Positions 61,115 through 64,000 of a stretch of 64,000 bases of DNA are shown piece after piece. Each line of letters opens with the position of its first letter. Position 1 is the stretch's first letter. Source of the stretch: Stegostoma tigrinum (taxonomy: Eukaryota). The stretch lies in assembly GCF_030684315.1 (NCBI RefSeq), contig NC_081383.1, forward strand, positions 26,705,942-26,769,941. Reading direction: 5' to 3'. The notes beneath the pieces are model-generated. The model made no database searches. It had not been told where the DNA came from and was given only the letters and a program-made list of their open reading frames with translations. The position numbers and the translations under genes are program-made.

Positions 61115-61230
61115 AAACCAAAAGAACTGCGGACGCTGTAAATCAGGAACAAAGACAAGTTGCTGGAAAAGCTCAGAGGTCTGGCAGCATCTGTTAAGGA
61201 AGAGTTAATGTTTCAGGTCCAATAACCCAG
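61115..61230 (-). mobile_element. Family-C PLE 3' end with tail
   Basis: AAAAGAACTGCGGACGCTGTAAATC..TTGCTGGAAAAGCTCAG..GGTCTGGCAGCATCTG matches the other family-C copies. Confidence 0.7.
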
Positions 61231-61290
61231 AGAACTTTGGCACTAATTCCTACTACCTCTCATATGCTAAGCGAATATTCTACCATTTGA

Positions 61291-61491
61291 GATAACAAGG
61301 TGTAACAGCTGGATGAACACAGCTGGCCAAGCAGCAGAGGAGCACAAAGGCTGACGTTTCAGGCCTGAAGAAGGGTCTGGGCCCGAAACGTCAGCCTTCC
61401 TGCTCCTCTGATGCTACTTGGCCTGCTGTGTTCATCCAGCTCTACACCTTATTATCTCAGATTCTCCAGCATCTACAGTTCCTACTATCTC
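61291..61491. mobile_element. Fold-back PLE mini element (family B) with hammerhead motif and 14-bp TSD
   Basis: Inverted part 61291-61364; direct part starts at CTGAAGA (61365) and runs through GAAACGTC to the tail; TSD ATTCTACCATTTGA at 61277-61290 and 61492-61505. Confidence 0.88.
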
Positions 61492-62009
61492 ATTCTACCA
61501 TTTGAACTGTCATTCTAATGTTCCGCACTACCCTCCTCACAGTTTCCAATGCTTTCAAATGCTGAAATCCCGTTCTTGACCCCTATCCGGATTGAATACA
61601 ACTCGTCTGTGTTGCCCCCTTTTTGTAAACACAATCACACAATTCATCGAGATAATATTATGCTACCAAGTACCCGAGAAACACAGTCGTGCAAGAAAAA
61701 TAACCTACAAAAGAGGAAGTGAGAACATACCAAACAGAGATGAAAATTCTATTGCGCATTTTATCATCTAACTGAATAATCTTTTAATTACACGTAGAAA
61801 AGACTCGAAAAGATGTCAGATTACAAGCAAACTTCACTGGATCACAATTTAGCCAAGGCCTTAGTTCATACTGGATATTTCTGATCTACGACCATAAAGT
61901 AGGAAGTACAGTTGCTCTTTATCTGACCTCAGCAGTAAAATTATCCCGAATCCCCATTTCAGAGGGACAGGGACGCAGTAATTAAATACATTCACATACA
62001 TACACGCAC

Positions 62010-62540
62010 CTCAATGACAATCTTCTGACAGTGCGACAGACCCCGGCTAACGGACGGACAGGACAGGCCCCGGCTCCGGCTCCGGCTCCAGGGGGTGGGG
62101 GAGGGACAAGACGGAAGAAGGGAAACGATAGGCCCCGGCTCCGGAGGTGGAGCAAGGGACAGGATAGGGCAGGCCTCGGCTCCAAAGGGTGGGGGAAGAG
62201 ACAAACCAGGACAGGTCCCCGCTACTAGGGGTCGGAGGAACGAACCAGACCAGGTCCTGGCTCCTATTCGTGGGGGTGGGGAGAGGGAAGAGACAGGACT
62301 GGCCTCGGCTAACGGCCGCTGCTGGCCCCGCCCCCTGCCGTTGCGGTATGCCTCCCTCTGACTGGTTAGTCCCTCCGTCAATCACAGTTTCTCCGCCCCA
62401 GTTGCTGCGGAAACCCACCCCGCCCCCTTCACTGCGGACTTTACCCGAGGGCAGGGGCTCGGCCTTGGGCGTGCGATCAGCTTTCTTGCAGGCCGGATGC
62501 TGCCGGCGTTGGTCTCTCCAATGGCGAGAGACTGCCCCCT
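62010..62540 (-). promoter_or_regulatory. CpG island: promoter and non-coding exon 1, probably of the CDC42SE2-like gene
   Basis: CpG-rich island with GC boxes (CCGCCC near 62393 and 62420) and CCAAT near 62518; minus-strand donor GAG|GTGCGT at 62009 faces the CDC42SE exons. Confidence 0.7.
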
Positions 62541-62564
62541 AAGCACCACCACACTGAAATGGGG

Positions 62565-62675
62565 CTTTTGTGGACAGTGGTAATGACCATACCTCTGCGC
62601 TAGGAGTCCCAGGTTCAAATCCCTCCTAGCTCAGAGGTGTGTAATGACATTTCTGCACGGGTTGATTAGAAAATA
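62565..62675 (+). mobile_element. tRNA-derived SINE head
   Basis: A-box-like CAGTGGTAATG and B-box GGTTCAAATCC; related minus-strand pieces at ~59740-59980. Confidence 0.5.
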
Positions 62676-63264
62676 CGTCAATTTGAGCTCGTATGCGTTC
62701 GTAGTGTCTGTGAAGAACATCCGGTGGTACTTTGCAGAGTCTGATGCAAGCCAAATAAGGAGATATTAGGTGAGAACACCAAACACTGGTTATGTGGTAG
62801 GTTTTAAAGAGTGGCTTAATGAGGTCAAGAGATGTAGAAAGAGTATTCATAGCTTGGGGCCCAAGGCAGTTGAAGGCACAGTGACTAATAATGAAACAGT
62901 TTACATTGGGAATGACCAAGGTACTAGAGTTCAGGAAGACATAATGGAAAATCATCAAAAGAAAGTTATAGCATGTAAAGAGGCCATTGTGGATAGCACT
63001 TTTCAAGTGCATGTCTTCGTTTGTCACGGTTTCTGCCTCAACTACCCTCTCGTACTGTGTATTACAGGTCTCCCACCATCCTTCAGATAAAAATATTTCC
63101 CTCAAAACTTCATTAAATTACCTACCTGTTATTTTCGATGTCAGCTCCCTAGTAATGGATCCCTTAGCCAACGAGGTTAGAACCCACACTGGTCCACTGT
63201 ATCTTGGCACGAAGTCTCTTTGCAGCTTCTCTGTTCCAGGCAAAATAACATGAACCTATTCAAT

Positions 63265-63413
63265 GATAATGGGAACTGCAGATGCTGGAGAATCCAAGAC
63301 AATAAAATGTGAGGCTGGATGAACACAGCAGGCCCAGCAGCATCTCAGGAGCACAAAAGCTAACGTTTCGGGCCTAGACCCTTCATTGTTCATTCAGCCT
63401 CACATTTTATTGT
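63265..63413. mobile_element. Fold-back PLE mini element (family B variant) with 16-bp TSD
   Basis: Minus-strand tail and body up to a truncated hammerhead core, then a 27-nt inverted copy; TSD CATGAACCTAT(T/A)CAAT at 63249-63264 and 63414-63429. Confidence 0.85.
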
Positions 63414-63429
63414 CATGAACCTATACAAT

Positions 63430-64000
63430 CTTTCCTCATTAGTAAAATTCTTAAGTCCAGGCAACATGCTGCTAAATCTGCTCTGTACCCACTCCAGCAC
63501 TATTTTATCCACAGTGTGATGACCAGATTTGTACACATTACTATCTGTGGTCTAACTAGTGTTTGTGCAGTTTCAGCAAAATCCTCTTCCTCTTATTTTC
63601 TATTGTCTCAACTAACAAAGGTGTGTCCTGTATGTCACATGACCACGTAATCTACTTATACTGCCATCTTAAGTGATCTGTGGAAATACATTCCAAAGGC
63701 CCCTCTGTACCTCAAAATCTCTCAACAAGTTATCATTTATTGTGTGTGCTCTTGGCTTTTTAAGCCTTATACTACTCCAGATTGAGCACCATTTACCATT
63801 GTTCTCCCCACCTGATTAGACTTCGATAAATTCTTGCAGTCTACTGCTTTTTTTCATTGTCTGCCATTGGAAAATGTTTGTATCATCTGCAAATTTGTTA
63901 ATCTTTCAAGTCTAAACCAACGATAATTACTATATAAAAAACTAAGGACCTGGTACTAAGTCCAATGGACCTTTGCTAAAAACAGCCTTACAGTCACAAA
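63430..64000 (-). mobile_element. Degraded CR1 RT fragment
   Basis: KFADDT remnant (GTATCATCTGCAAATTT on +) and CVQIWSSH remnant. Confidence 0.65.

Noticed and set aside
29300-62000. LINGO3, expected downstream of LSM7 from recalled human synteny
   Set aside because: No long LRR/Ig ORF is present in the window
61982-62618. Multiple overlapping GC-rich ORFs
   Set aside because: Typical stop-poor CpG island; no recognisable protein
62565-62630. tRNA gene
   Set aside because: A/B-box-like motifs but no cloverleaf; continues into SINE body sequence
1-64000. CRISPR arrays, operons or other prokaryotic systems
   Set aside because: Intron-exon vertebrate DNA; the recurring short repeats are dispersed retroelement ends, not regularly spaced arrays

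Overview
This is vertebrate genomic DNA, not prokaryotic. The CR1, HE1-like SINE and Penelope repeat content suggests a cartilaginous fish (inference). Three spliced genes were reconstructed by hand from GT-AG junctions and reading phase. (1) SPPL2B exons 1-8 lie on the minus strand and run off the left edge. (2) A complete LSM7 (103 aa) lies on the plus strand, head-to-head with SPPL2B across a ~285-bp GC-rich bidirectional promoter. (3) A complete 86-aa CDC42 small effector (CDC42SE2-like, CRIB motif) lies on the minus strand, convergent with LSM7; it is absent from the ORF track because it is split into 54/105/102-nt coding exons. Most of the remainder is decayed LINEs (CR1, L2, Rex1/Babar-like) and SINEs. 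The most notable non-genic signal is about a dozen Penelope-like element (PLE) derivatives of three sequence families. They carry minimal hammerhead-ribozyme motifs (CUGANGA-stem II-GAAAC-GUC), are mostly built as fold-back insertions (including two ~0.9-1 kb near-perfect palindromes), and nine have readable 8-16 bp target-site duplications. In the short copies, truncation and inversion junctions cluster at the ribozyme core. Hammerheads in PLEs are known in general; this shared architecture and junction bias are what deserve follow-up.
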